A stretch of 64,000 nucleotides of DNA from an uncultured Bifidobacteriaceae bacterium (GCA_964532485.1 CAZHKE010000001.1:68358-132357), one strand, 5' to 3'; positions 19,172-27,391 are shown, numbered from the stretch's first letter. A program made the numbers and translations. The notes: a model not told the origin generated them from the sequence alone.

Positions 19172-19210
19172 TGCGTATCTCGAGGTCGCAGAGCGACCTC
19201 GAGATACGCA
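19172..19210. repeat. 17-bp perfect inverted repeat hairpin (5-nt loop) abutting the acyl-CoA dehydrogenase stop
   Basis: TGCGTATCTCGAGGTCG-CAGAG-CGACCTCGAGATACGCA. The outer bases TGCGTnTCTC...GAGAnACGCA match the termini of hairpin repeats A-C. Confidence 0.6.
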
Positions 19211-20467
19211 TCAAGGGGAGGAGAACGGGACGTCGCGGTCGAGTCGGGGCTCGGCGGGGAGTCCGAGCGCGCGCTCGCCGATCATCGTGCGGTGGATCTC
19301 GTCGGTGCCGCCACCGATGCTCGCCCAGAACCGGTTGAGCAGGAGCGTCTGCCAGAACCCGCCGCGAACCGCGTCCGCACCGGTGAGCATCCCGGCCGCG
19401 CCCAGCAGCGCGAACGCCAGCTGGCCCTTGGCAGCGCGATCGAGCGACCAGAGGACCTTCAGGACCGAGCCGTCGATCGTCGGGCGCCGGCCGGCAAGCA
19501 GCTCGGACTGCACCCGGTCGCGCAACCAGCGCAGCGCGTGCTCGCGCGACCACACCTCGGCGAGGCGCTGTCGCGTCACCGGATCGCCCGCGCGGTCGCG
19601 CTCCTGCGCGAGCGCGATCAGCGCGGCCGCGTCCGATCCGACCGCGGCGGAGCTGCCGATGAGCGCGGACTCGTTCGCCAGCGTCGTGCGGGTCGGGCCC
19701 CAGCCGCGGTCGATCGCCCCGACGACGTTGGCGATCGGCACCCGCACGTCGGTGAGGAACACCTCGTTGAAGTGCGCGGCACCGGTGATCTGGCGCAGCG
19801 GCCGGACGTCGATGCCGGGCGTCGTCATGTCGACGATCAGGTAGGTGATGCCGCGGTGCTTGGGCGCGCTCGGCTCGGTGCGCACGAGCAGGATCGCGAG
19901 GTCGGCATGCCGTGCGCCCGAGGTCCAGACCTTCTGGCCGTTCACGACCAGCACGTCCCCACCGTCCGGGGAGGTGGCGCGCTGCGCGCCCGTCCGGAGG
20001 CTCGCGAGGTCGGAGCCCGCGCCGGGCTCGCTGAACAGCTGGCACCACACCTCGTCGCCGCGCAGCAACGGCCGGAGGTAGCGCGCGCACTGCGCCGGCG
20101 TGCCGTGTGCGAGCAGCGTGGGCCCCACGAGCGCGATCGTCGAGGCGAGGAAGCCCGACGACACGTCGAAGCGAGCCTGCTCCTGGTTGAACGCGACCGC
20201 CTCTGCGGGTGTGGCGCCGCGTCCGCCGTGCTCGACGGGCCAGGTGATGCCGGCCCAGCCGCCGTCGAAGAGCGTCCGCTGCCACGTCCGGCAGCGCTCG
20301 AAGTGCTCGGACTCCGCTTCCCAGCTCGCGTCGCGGGGACCGTTCGACCAGTCGCTCGCGCCGCGTCGCACCTGGGCGTGCTGGGCGAGCCAGGCCCGGG
20401 CCTCGGCCCGAAACGACGCCAGGTCGAGCGTCTCCGGCTCCGGTCGTGCGAGGTCGGCCGCCGCCAC
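19211..20467 (-). CDS. Acyl-CoA dehydrogenase
   Basis: 418 aa with typical ACAD blocks (WCQLFSEPGAGSDLASL, VVNGQKVWTSGA, ITYLIVDM, GGTDEIHRTMIGERALGLP). Confidence 0.85.
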   Translation of the reverse strand: MAAADLARPEPETLDLASFRAEARAWLAQHAQVRRGASDWSNGPRDASWEAESEHFERCRTWQRTLFDGGWAGITWPVEHGGRGATPAEAVAFNQEQARFDVSSGFLASTIALVGPTLLAHGTPAQCARYLRPLLRGDEVWCQLFSEPGAGSDLASLRTGAQRATSPDGGDVLVVNGQKVWTSGARHADLAILLVRTEPSAPKHRGITYLIVDMTTPGIDVRPLRQITGAAHFNEVFLTDVRVPIANVVGAIDRGWGPTRTTLANESALIGSSAAVGSDAAALIALAQERDRAGDPVTRQRLAEVWSREHALRWLRDRVQSELLAGRRPTIDGSVLKVLWSLDRAAKGQLAFALLGAAGMLTGADAVRGGFWQTLLLNRFWASIGGGTDEIHRTMIGERALGLPAEPRLDRDVPFSSP

Positions 20468-20489
20468 GGTCCGAACCCTAGGCGAGAAC

Positions 20490-20507
20490 TCTGGACAGCT
20501 GTCCAGA
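20490..20507. promoter_or_regulatory. 18-bp perfect palindrome TCTGGACAGCTGTCCAGA (candidate TetR-type operator)
   Basis: Lies in the 77-bp divergent region between the acyl-CoA dehydrogenase (-) and the Rieske / methyltransferase / TetR operon (+), 38 nt upstream of ATG 20545. Confidence 0.45.
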
Positions 20508-20544
20508 CTACGGTCTACGGTGCCAGCGAGCTCGGGGGGTCCCG

Positions 20545-21669
20545 ATGACCGACTTCAGCGCGGCGATGTCCGCGCGCATCACCGAGTTCGACGGTCGGAC
20601 GCCGCTCCAGGCGCTCGCCGAGGGCGGTGGCACGCACGAGACGAGGTTGACGTCGCTCGAGCGCTTCCCGTACTACCGATCGTTCCCGTTCGCGTGGTAC
20701 TTCGCCGCGTTCTCCGACCACGTCGGCGTCGGCGAGGTTCGCACCGCGCACTGGCTGGCGCGCGACCTCGTGATCTGGCGCGGCGAGGACGGCGCCGCGC
20801 ACGTGATGGAGGCGTACTGCCCGCACATGGGCGCGCATCTCGGGTACGGCGGGCGCGTCGAGGGCTCTCACCTCGTGTGCCCGTTCCACTGGTGGGAGTA
20901 CGACGGCGACGGCACCAACGTGCGCATCCCCTACGCCGACAAGCCCAACGGCAGGGCGCGGGTGCGCTCGTACCCCACCATCGACCGCAACGGGCTCATC
21001 ATGTTCTGGTACCACCCGGCTGGTGATCCGCCGGTGTGGGAGGTGCCGGAGATCCCCGAGCTCTCCGACCCGTGCTGGCGCGACGAGTTCCGCGCCGAGT
21101 GGGACGTGCGCTGCCCGTGGCAGGAGATGGCCGAGAACGGGCCCGACTACGTGCACCTCAAGACCGTGCACGGCGCCGCGTCGGTGCCCGAGGTCGAGAG
21201 CCTCACGTACGAGGGACCGTTCAGCCACCTCCGCTCGAAGGTCAGCTTCTCGACGCCGCGAGGTCCACAGGAGGGTCGCATCGACACGGACTCGTGGGGT
21301 CCCGGGTTCGCGATCGCACGCTTCTCGGGGATCACGCCGACGCTCTTCGTGAACCTCACGACCCCGATCGACTGGGAGATGACGCGCTCCATCAAGCTCT
21401 ACCGAGTCGAACGGCGCGGCGAGTCCGACGCGGACCGCTCGCGGGTGCAGCGCGTCGGCGAGGCGCTCGTGCGCGACCTCCGCAAGCAGATGGATGAGGA
21501 CGTCGTGATCTTCGACCACAAGATCTGGGTCGACCCGCCCGCGCTCGCCCCCGACGACGGCCCGATCATCCGGTTCCGGAAGTGGGCTGCTCAGTTCTAC
21601 GTCGAGGGCGATCCGCGCGCCGCGGACCGATGGGACGGCGACCGAAGTGGCCGGACGGTGCGCACGTGA
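20545..21669 (+). CDS. Rieske [2Fe-2S] monooxygenase, KshA-like oxygenase component
   Basis: 374 aa with Rieske ligands CPHMGAHL...CPFHWWEYDGDG. The C-terminal DEDVVIFDHKIW...DGPIIRFRKWAAQFYVEG resembles the KshA tail as I recall it. Confidence 0.75.
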   Translation: MTDFSAAMSARITEFDGRTPLQALAEGGGTHETRLTSLERFPYYRSFPFAWYFAAFSDHVGVGEVRTAHWLARDLVIWRGEDGAAHVMEAYCPHMGAHLGYGGRVEGSHLVCPFHWWEYDGDGTNVRIPYADKPNGRARVRSYPTIDRNGLIMFWYHPAGDPPVWEVPEIPELSDPCWRDEFRAEWDVRCPWQEMAENGPDYVHLKTVHGAASVPEVESLTYEGPFSHLRSKVSFSTPRGPQEGRIDTDSWGPGFAIARFSGITPTLFVNLTTPIDWEMTRSIKLYRVERRGESDADRSRVQRVGEALVRDLRKQMDEDVVIFDHKIWVDPPALAPDDGPIIRFRKWAAQFYVEGDPRAADRWDGDRSGRTVRT

Positions 21670-22478
21670 GTCACGGCGTCGATCTCGGTGCCGGCGACCA
21701 GGAGTACCGCATCGCCGACGACGACGAGACCGCGGCGCGCGAGCACGAGCGGCTCCGCATCCTCGGGCGGTGGCGCGACCCGTCGACGATCACCGCGCTC
21801 GAGGCCACCGGCGTCGGCCCCGGCTGGCGTTGCCTCGAGGTCGGTGCCGGCGCCGGGACGACGTCGGCGTGGATGGCAGCGCGCGTGGGTGAGACCGGCT
21901 CGGTGCTGTCGACCGACGTCGACCTGCGCTTCCACGGCCCCGCTGTCGGCAACACCGAGATCCGCGGCCACGACATCACGCGCGATCCGGTCCCGGAAGG
22001 CACGTTCGATCTCGTCCACGCCCGCGCGGTGCTCCAGCACGTCGCGGCTCGCGAGGCGGCGCTCGATCGAATGATCGCGGCGCTGAAGCCGGGCGGCTGG
22101 ATCGTCGTCGAGGAAGCCGACATGCGGGCCTTCGAAGCGCAGCCACTCCCCGAGCCGCTCGGCGCGCTGCACCGGATGATGGTCGCCGCCGCGGCGCAGC
22201 AGGTTTACCGGGAGCCCAACTTCGGGACCCGGCTGCTCCGCCTCTACCAGGAGCACGGTCTGGCCGAGGTGCACGCCCGGGGGGTCGTGGAGACGATGCG
22301 CGCGGGCGAGGACAGCGGGGAGTGGTGGTTCCTCGCGGTCGAGCACGTGCGTGATCGCATCGTCGATGCCGGCGTGATGTCGGGCGACGACTTCGATGCG
22401 GCGCTGGCGATCGCCCGCACGCCCGGCTTCCTGATGCTCGGGCCCACGTCGATCCAGGTCTCGGGCCGCAAGCCGTGA
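21666..22478 (+). CDS. Class I SAM-dependent methyltransferase
   Basis: GTG 21666 overlaps the Rieske stop (GTGA). Motif I CLEVGAGAGTTSAWMA, motif post-I STDVD, and LKPGGWIVVEE. Confidence 0.75.
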   Translation: MSHGVDLGAGDQEYRIADDDETAAREHERLRILGRWRDPSTITALEATGVGPGWRCLEVGAGAGTTSAWMAARVGETGSVLSTDVDLRFHGPAVGNTEIRGHDITRDPVPEGTFDLVHARAVLQHVAAREAALDRMIAALKPGGWIVVEEADMRAFEAQPLPEPLGALHRMMVAAAAQQVYREPNFGTRLLRLYQEHGLAEVHARGVVETMRAGEDSGEWWFLAVEHVRDRIVDAGVMSGDDFDAALAIARTPGFLMLGPTSIQVSGRKP

Positions 22479-23068
22479 CGTCGGCGCGAGTCGCGACTCG
22501 GCGGGCGCTCCGTGCCGACGCGGCGGCAACGCGGCGGCGCGTCATCGACGGCGCGGTGGAGCTGGCTCGCGAGCGGCCCTTGGCCGAGCTGACGATGCGG
22601 GACATCGCCCGCACGGCCGAGGTATCGGTCGCGACTGCCTACACCTACTTCTCGTCGAAGGAGCACGTCCTCGCCGAGGCGTACCTCGACGGCGTCGAGT
22701 CGCTCACCGAGAGCGTGCGCGCCCGACCGCCGTCTGGAGCAACCGCGGCCGAGCGGGTCGCGGCCGTGATGCGGCGTGCCATGCGGGGCGCGGCCTCGAC
22801 CGGCGACGTCGTGCAGGCTGCCGCGATCGCGCTGGCGTCGTCGGACCCCGCGGTCGCCCCGCTCCGGCCGCTCGCGGACGAGGCGTTCGAGGAGTGGTTC
22901 ACGATCGCCCTCCGCGGCGCGACGATCGCCGACCACGACGAGGTCGTGCAGCTGCTACAGCTCACGATGTTCGCGTCGTTCGTCGCGGTGGCCCACGGGC
23001 GGCTGTCGCTCACCGCGAGCGGCCGTCTCCTCGACCTCGCAGTGCGCCGCCTCGTCGTCGAGACCTGA
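22475..23068 (+). CDS. TetR-family transcriptional regulator
   Basis: 197 aa with HTH region LTMRDIARTAEVSVATAYTYFSSKEHVL. GTG overlaps the upstream stop. The HTH and the C-terminal RLLDLAVRRL loosely resemble KstR as I recall it. Confidence 0.85.
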   Translation: MTSARVATRRALRADAAATRRRVIDGAVELARERPLAELTMRDIARTAEVSVATAYTYFSSKEHVLAEAYLDGVESLTESVRARPPSGATAAERVAAVMRRAMRGAASTGDVVQAAAIALASSDPAVAPLRPLADEAFEEWFTIALRGATIADHDEVVQLLQLTMFASFVAVAHGRLSLTASGRLLDLAVRRLVVET

Positions 23069-23114
23069 CGTCGGCTGGCGCCACGGCGGGCGGGGCTGGT
23101 TGACTCCCCGCGCC

Positions 23115-24284
23115 ATGGACCGCACCCCCGTCATCGCCGGCATCGGCCTCTCCGACTACCCGAAGGCACCCCACCTCGACACCGTCCAGCACCATGTGCT
23201 GGCGATGCAGCGCGCGCTCGCCGACTGCGGGATCGAGAAGTCCGAGATCGACGGCTACATCAACGCCAGCTCCGGCGGGATGATGGTCGACGACCCGGTC
23301 ACGATGGCCGAGTACCTGCGCATCGACCACCGCTACATCGACGGGACGATGACCGGGGGATCGTCGTTCGAGTTCCACCTCCAGCATCTCGCAGCCGCGA
23401 TCCAGGAGGGGCTGTGCGACGTCGCGCTCGTCACGTACGGGTCCGACCAGCTCACGCGCATGGGGCGCAAGCTCGGGACCGGCGGCTTCCAGCGCGGCGG
23501 GCAGAAGGTCCCCGGCCCGGTCCAGTACGAGGTGCCCTACGGCGGCTCGCTGGTCGGGTCGTACGCGATGTACGCGACGCGGCACGCGCACGAGTTCGGC
23601 ACGACGTCGGAGCAGCTGGCCGAGATCGCAGTCGGCGTGCGCGAGTTCGCCGGACTCAACCCGAACGCGATCTACCGCGACCCGATCACGGTCGACGACG
23701 TCGTCAACAGCCGCATGATCGCCGACCCGCTGCACAAGCTCGACTGCTGCGCGATCACCGACGGCGGCGGCGCGCTCGTCGTGACCACCGCGGAGCGCGC
23801 CAAGGATCTGAAGCAGCCGCCCGTGTACGTGCTCGGCGCGGCAGGCGCGCAGACGCACTGGAACATCTCCCAGCAGACGGACTTCACGACGTCGGCGGGG
23901 GCGCTCGCCGGACCGATCGCGTTCGAGCGCGCGGGTGTCACGCACGACGACGTCGATCTGCTGATGTTCTACGACAGCTTCACGATCACCTGCCTGATCC
24001 TGCTCGAGAGCCTCGGCTTCGTCCCGCAGGGTGAGGGAGGCCCGTTCGTGGCCGAAGGCCACCTCAAGCGCGGCGGCAAGTGGCCGCTCAACACCGATGG
24101 CGGCGGGCTCTCGTCGTGCCACCCGGGCATGCGCGGGATCTTCTTGCTCATCGAGTCGGTGCGACAGCTGCGCGGTCAGGGTGGTGAAGCTCAGGTGCCC
24201 GGCTGCGAAGTCGCCCTCGCGGCCGGCTCGGGTGGATGGCTCAGCTGCATCGGCGTCGTGCTCACCGGCCGAGAGCACCCCTGA
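23115..24284 (+). CDS. Thiolase-like protein (SCP-x / Ltp-type, probable retro-aldolase or thiolase partner of DUF35)
   Basis: ATG 23115 gives MDRTPVIAGIGLSDYPKAP...CCAITDGGGALVV...NTDGGGLSSCHPGMRG. 389 aa. A DUF35 gene follows. Confidence 0.8.
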   Translation: MDRTPVIAGIGLSDYPKAPHLDTVQHHVLAMQRALADCGIEKSEIDGYINASSGGMMVDDPVTMAEYLRIDHRYIDGTMTGGSSFEFHLQHLAAAIQEGLCDVALVTYGSDQLTRMGRKLGTGGFQRGGQKVPGPVQYEVPYGGSLVGSYAMYATRHAHEFGTTSEQLAEIAVGVREFAGLNPNAIYRDPITVDDVVNSRMIADPLHKLDCCAITDGGGALVVTTAERAKDLKQPPVYVLGAAGAQTHWNISQQTDFTTSAGALAGPIAFERAGVTHDDVDLLMFYDSFTITCLILLESLGFVPQGEGGPFVAEGHLKRGGKWPLNTDGGGLSSCHPGMRGIFLLIESVRQLRGQGGEAQVPGCEVALAAGSGGWLSCIGVVLTGREHP

Positions 24285-24307
24285 GCACCCGCGAGGAGGC
24301 AGCGCCC

Positions 24308-24736
24308 GTGAGCGACAGCGAGATCGTCACCGTCGAGGAGTGGGAGAAGCCGCTCCCGCGGACGGACGCGATCAGCGCGCCGTACTGGGAGGCGGCCGCG
24401 CAGGGCCGGCTGCTGATCCAGGAGTGCGCGAGCTGCGGCAACCGCCAGTGGTACCCGCGGGCGATGTGCACGAAGTGTGGGGGGGACGTCACCTGGCTCG
24501 AGTGCTCGGGTCGCGGTGAGGTGTACACGTTCACGGTCATCCGGCAGATGGGCATGCGCCCCTTCCGCGACGAGCTGCCCTACGCGATCGCCATGGTCCG
24601 GCTCGAAGAGGGCCCGCTGATCTTCGGCAACGTCACCGACGTCGATCCCGACGACGTGCGCGTCGGGCTCCCGGTCGAGGTGTGGTTCACGAAGGTCGAC
24701 GACGAGATCGGTGTCCCCAGCTGGCGTCCGGCCTGA
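24308..24736 (+). CDS. DUF35 OB-fold / zinc-ribbon protein
   Basis: GTG 24308 is preceded by GAGGAGG. Zinc ribbon CASCGNRQWYPRAMCTKCGG, followed by an OB-fold-like segment GEVYTFTVI...AMVRLEEGP. Confidence 0.75.
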   Translation: MSDSEIVTVEEWEKPLPRTDAISAPYWEAAAQGRLLIQECASCGNRQWYPRAMCTKCGGDVTWLECSGRGEVYTFTVIRQMGMRPFRDELPYAIAMVRLEEGPLIFGNVTDVDPDDVRVGLPVEVWFTKVDDEIGVPSWRPA

Positions 24737-24813
24737 TCCTGCCGACCCGCCGAACCCGGGTAGCGTGAGCGCACCGCACCCGTCACTGCTCACTTCCTCC
24801 TTGGGGGCTCGCA

Positions 24814-25248
24814 ATGCGCAAGGCAGCCGCTCTGCTCGTCTCGACCGTCCTCGTCTCCGGCGTCGCGCTCGCTGCGGTCTCGCCAGCGGGCGCGTCCACG
24901 CCGGCCAAGACCAGCAAGTTCTGCAAGGCGGTGAAGAAGACCGACTACGAGAACCTCGGCAACCCGCTCTCGAAGAAGAGCTCGGCCAAGGTCGAGAAGC
25001 AGCTCAACCGCCTCGAGGACTCGGCGAAGGGGAAGAGGAAGAAGGCGATCGAGACGCTCAGCGATGCCTACGGCAAGATCGCCGACGGCGACAAGCTGAG
25101 CGAGGTCTACTCCGACGGTGACGTGATCTCGGCGCTCGGAACGTTCGGACTCGCGGTCGCGAAGTGCGCGTTCGCCGACCTGCCCGACATCACGCTGCCC
25201 GACAACGTCGATCTGCCCGACATCACGCTGCCCGACCTCGGGAGCTGA
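24814..25248 (+). CDS. Secreted Lys-rich protein of unknown function with a C-terminal DLPDITLPD tandem repeat
   Basis: 144 aa with Sec-type signal MRKAAALLVSTVLVSGVALAAVSPAGAS, two Cys, and noticeably more A/T-containing codons than neighbouring genes. Confidence 0.65.
   Translation: MRKAAALLVSTVLVSGVALAAVSPAGASTPAKTSKFCKAVKKTDYENLGNPLSKKSSAKVEKQLNRLEDSAKGKRKKAIETLSDAYGKIADGDKLSEVYSDGDVISALGTFGLAVAKCAFADLPDITLPDNVDLPDITLPDLGS
25177..25236 (+). repeat. Two 27-nt near-identical units (period 33 nt) inside the CDS
   Basis: GACCTGCCCGACATCACGCTGCCCGAC and GATCTGCCCGACATCACGCTGCCCGAC, each encoding DLPDITLPD. Confidence 0.8.
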
Positions 25249-25285
25249 GCGGCGAAGCGAGCGCGGCGGGGCGAGCGCGGCGGCA

Positions 25286-25942
25286 CTAGCGGGGACGCCC
25301 CGTTCGAGGCGCGACGAACACGATGTCGGCCTCGGCGAGACGCTCGCCGTCGCACGACGACGTGGCCCAGACGGAGATCTTGCGCCCCTCGACGCGGTCG
25401 ATGGCCGCCTCGTAGTCGATCTGCTTGCGCAGCGGCGTCGGGCGCAGCATCTTCACGGTGAGCGTGCCGGTGTAGCCGGCGATGCCCGACAACGTCTGTG
25501 CCGAGCCCATGAGGTCGTCGAACGCGGCGGCCACGAAGCCGCCGTGCACGTGCCCGGCCGGCCCTTCGTACGCAGGTGAGTAGGTCGCCCAGCCGACGGC
25601 ACGGTCGGCATGCAGCTCCCACTGGACCGGCGCGGCGAGCGGGTTCGAACGACCGCTGATCCCGCTGCGTTCGAGGAGCGCCCCGTCGTCACCTCCGGCC
25701 GAGCCGAGCCCGCCCCTCTCGTGCAGCGACGGCAGGCTCTCGAGCGCGTCGCTGACCGCGTCGACGCGTGCGGTGACGTCCTCGATGCCCGAGAGGTCGT
25801 CGCACGCCTCGACGTCGAGGTGCGCCGTGAGCTCGATCAACCGCTTCACGGATCGCACCAGCGCGTGCTTGGCGGCTCGCGGGCGATCCTCGACGGGATC
25901 GTGCCCGTCGTAGGTGGTGTGTGCGTCGGGGGGAAGGCTCAC
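25286..25942 (-). CDS. PaaI-type hotdog-fold thioesterase
   Basis: 218 aa with GPAGHVHGGFVAAAFDDLMG. Paralog of 12803-13468. Confidence 0.75.
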   Translation of the reverse strand: MSLPPDAHTTYDGHDPVEDRPRAAKHALVRSVKRLIELTAHLDVEACDDLSGIEDVTARVDAVSDALESLPSLHERGGLGSAGGDDGALLERSGISGRSNPLAAPVQWELHADRAVGWATYSPAYEGPAGHVHGGFVAAAFDDLMGSAQTLSGIAGYTGTLTVKMLRPTPLRKQIDYEAAIDRVEGRKISVWATSSCDGERLAEADIVFVAPRTGRPR

Positions 25943-25967
25943 GCCGGCGAGCCTACGGCCGACCCGG

Positions 25968-26294
25968 TCAGCCGGTTCGGTACACCTCGTCGTAGTTGCC
26001 CCACTCGATGTCGCCGTCGACGATCTTCCCGAGCTCTTCGGCCCAGTGCTTCGTCTCCTCGCGATCGTTGTTCTTCGTCGCCTCCTCGACAGCCGGCACG
26101 TCGGGATCGACGACGCCGAACTCGGCGATCATCAAGTAGTGGCCGGGGCGCTCACGATCCCGCAGGATGTGGGAGCCCATGTAGCCCATCACGTCTCCCT
26201 GAGCCTGGAGCCGGTCCCAGCCCGCCGCCAGCTCGACCAGCCGGTCCGGATCGGTGCACCGGAACGAGATCGTCTGGGTGAAGTTCAGGTTCAC
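25968..26294 (-). CDS. Small ferredoxin-fold (ABM-like) protein; function unknown
   Basis: 108 aa. The GTG overlaps the upstream stop (GTGA). The HYLMIAEF...W pattern is reminiscent of ABM / dimeric alpha-beta-barrel proteins. Weak call. Confidence 0.5.
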   Translation of the reverse strand: MNLNFTQTISFRCTDPDRLVELAAGWDRLQAQGDVMGYMGSHILRDRERPGHYLMIAEFGVVDPDVPAVEEATKNNDREETKHWAEELGKIVDGDIEWGNYDEVYRTG

Positions 26295-27391
26295 GGGCGC
26301 GCTCCCTGACGTTCCTCGGCGAACCGTCGTTGCATGTCGGACATCCCCTCCAGCTCGAACGCACCCGGCGACCCGAGGTCGAGCGCCGCTCGTGACTTCT
26401 CGGGCACGAAGAGGATCTCACGAACCTCGGGAACAGGCCGCTGCGCGAGCGCGTGGTAGTCGACGACGAAGAGGTCGGTCTGACAGCAGGTGCTCACCTG
26501 CTTCCCACGGCGGATCGCGTCGGCGATCCGCACGTGCATGCCGCCACCCTGCGCGTGGTGCTCGCGCACGTCGCGGTCGAAGAAGCCGGTGCCGGAGATG
26601 TATCCGGTCTCGAAGAGGCCGATGAGCGTGGCGAGCCACGCGAAGCCCTTCGGATCCGGGTCGGCCCGGCCGATGAAGGCGAACACCTCGATCTCCCCTC
26701 GCAGGTTCGTGCCGTAGTCGGCGAGCACGTGCACGAAGTCGTGTTGCGCGAGGTACTCGGGCGCGCCGCCGGCTGCACCGGGGAGGACGAAGCCGCGCCC
26801 GTCGTACATCTCGACGACGCTGCGCCCCAGCGAGCCCTCGGGGAGCTCGCGGAAGGCCTGCCAGCGCGCCTCGAGCTCCGGGTCGACCTTCGCGGGATCC
26901 AACGCGCCCGTCTCGACATGGCGCGTGGCGACGCCGGCGTCGCCCGTGTCACGCACGTGCTCCTCGAATCCGCTGCGCTGGAGGTCCATCCAGGCCAGGC
27001 CGTAGGCGCCCTGGGCGTAGCGTCGAGCGACCCGCACGAAGTCGTCCCGGATGTCGAGCGCCTGCGCGTACTTCGCGACCCGCGCGGCGACGGCGACGGG
27101 GATCGGCCGCAGGATGAGCTCGGCCAGCACCATGTGGTGGACGATGCGCTGACGGTGGTGCTGGTCGCGATGGGCCAGCGCTTCGGCGAGCCCCTCGGGC
27201 GCGAGCGGCTCGAGCGAGTGGTAGTCGACCTCGAAGCCGGTCAGGGAGCTCGCGATCGCGCCGAGCAAGAGCGCCTGGACCTCGGTCAGGCCCTCCTCGG
27301 GAGCCACCGCGGTGGCGATGCCTCGGGCCGTGAGCATCACCTCGTCGAGCTCGAGCCCCTCGGGCTGATCCGGACCGATCATCGGTGCCAT
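26291..27391 (-). CDS. Two-domain protein of unknown function carrying a Coq4-type HDxxH-x11-E motif
   Basis: 366 aa. Residues 217-233 read HDFVHVLADYGTNLRGE (nt 26693-26743). The surrounding GEIEVFAFIG also fits the Coq4 family pattern as I recall it. Confidence 0.6.
   Translation of the reverse strand: MAPMIGPDQPEGLELDEVMLTARGIATAVAPEEGLTEVQALLLGAIASSLTGFEVDYHSLEPLAPEGLAEALAHRDQHHRQRIVHHMVLAELILRPIPVAVAARVAKYAQALDIRDDFVRVARRYAQGAYGLAWMDLQRSGFEEHVRDTGDAGVATRHVETGALDPAKVDPELEARWQAFRELPEGSLGRSVVEMYDGRGFVLPGAAGGAPEYLAQHDFVHVLADYGTNLRGEIEVFAFIGRADPDPKGFAWLATLIGLFETGYISGTGFFDRDVREHHAQGGGMHVRIADAIRRGKQVSTCCQTDLFVVDYHALAQRPVPEVREILFVPEKSRAALDLGSPGAFELEGMSDMQRRFAEERQGARP

Noticed and set aside
20476-20482. 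Recurring CCCTAGG(G/T) just upstream of minus-strand GTG starts (20476, about 40117, about 63318; also CCTAGGA at 9338).
   Set aside because: Most simply explained as a Shine-Dalgarno-like AGGG/AGGA next to a TAG stop. The context is too short and too variable to call a regulatory motif.
25257-25283. Short tandem direct repeat GCGAGCGCGGCGG x2 after the secreted-protein gene.
   Set aside because: Low-complexity GC-rich 13-mer between convergent gene ends. Likely slippage noise or part of a weak terminator. There is no further copy.
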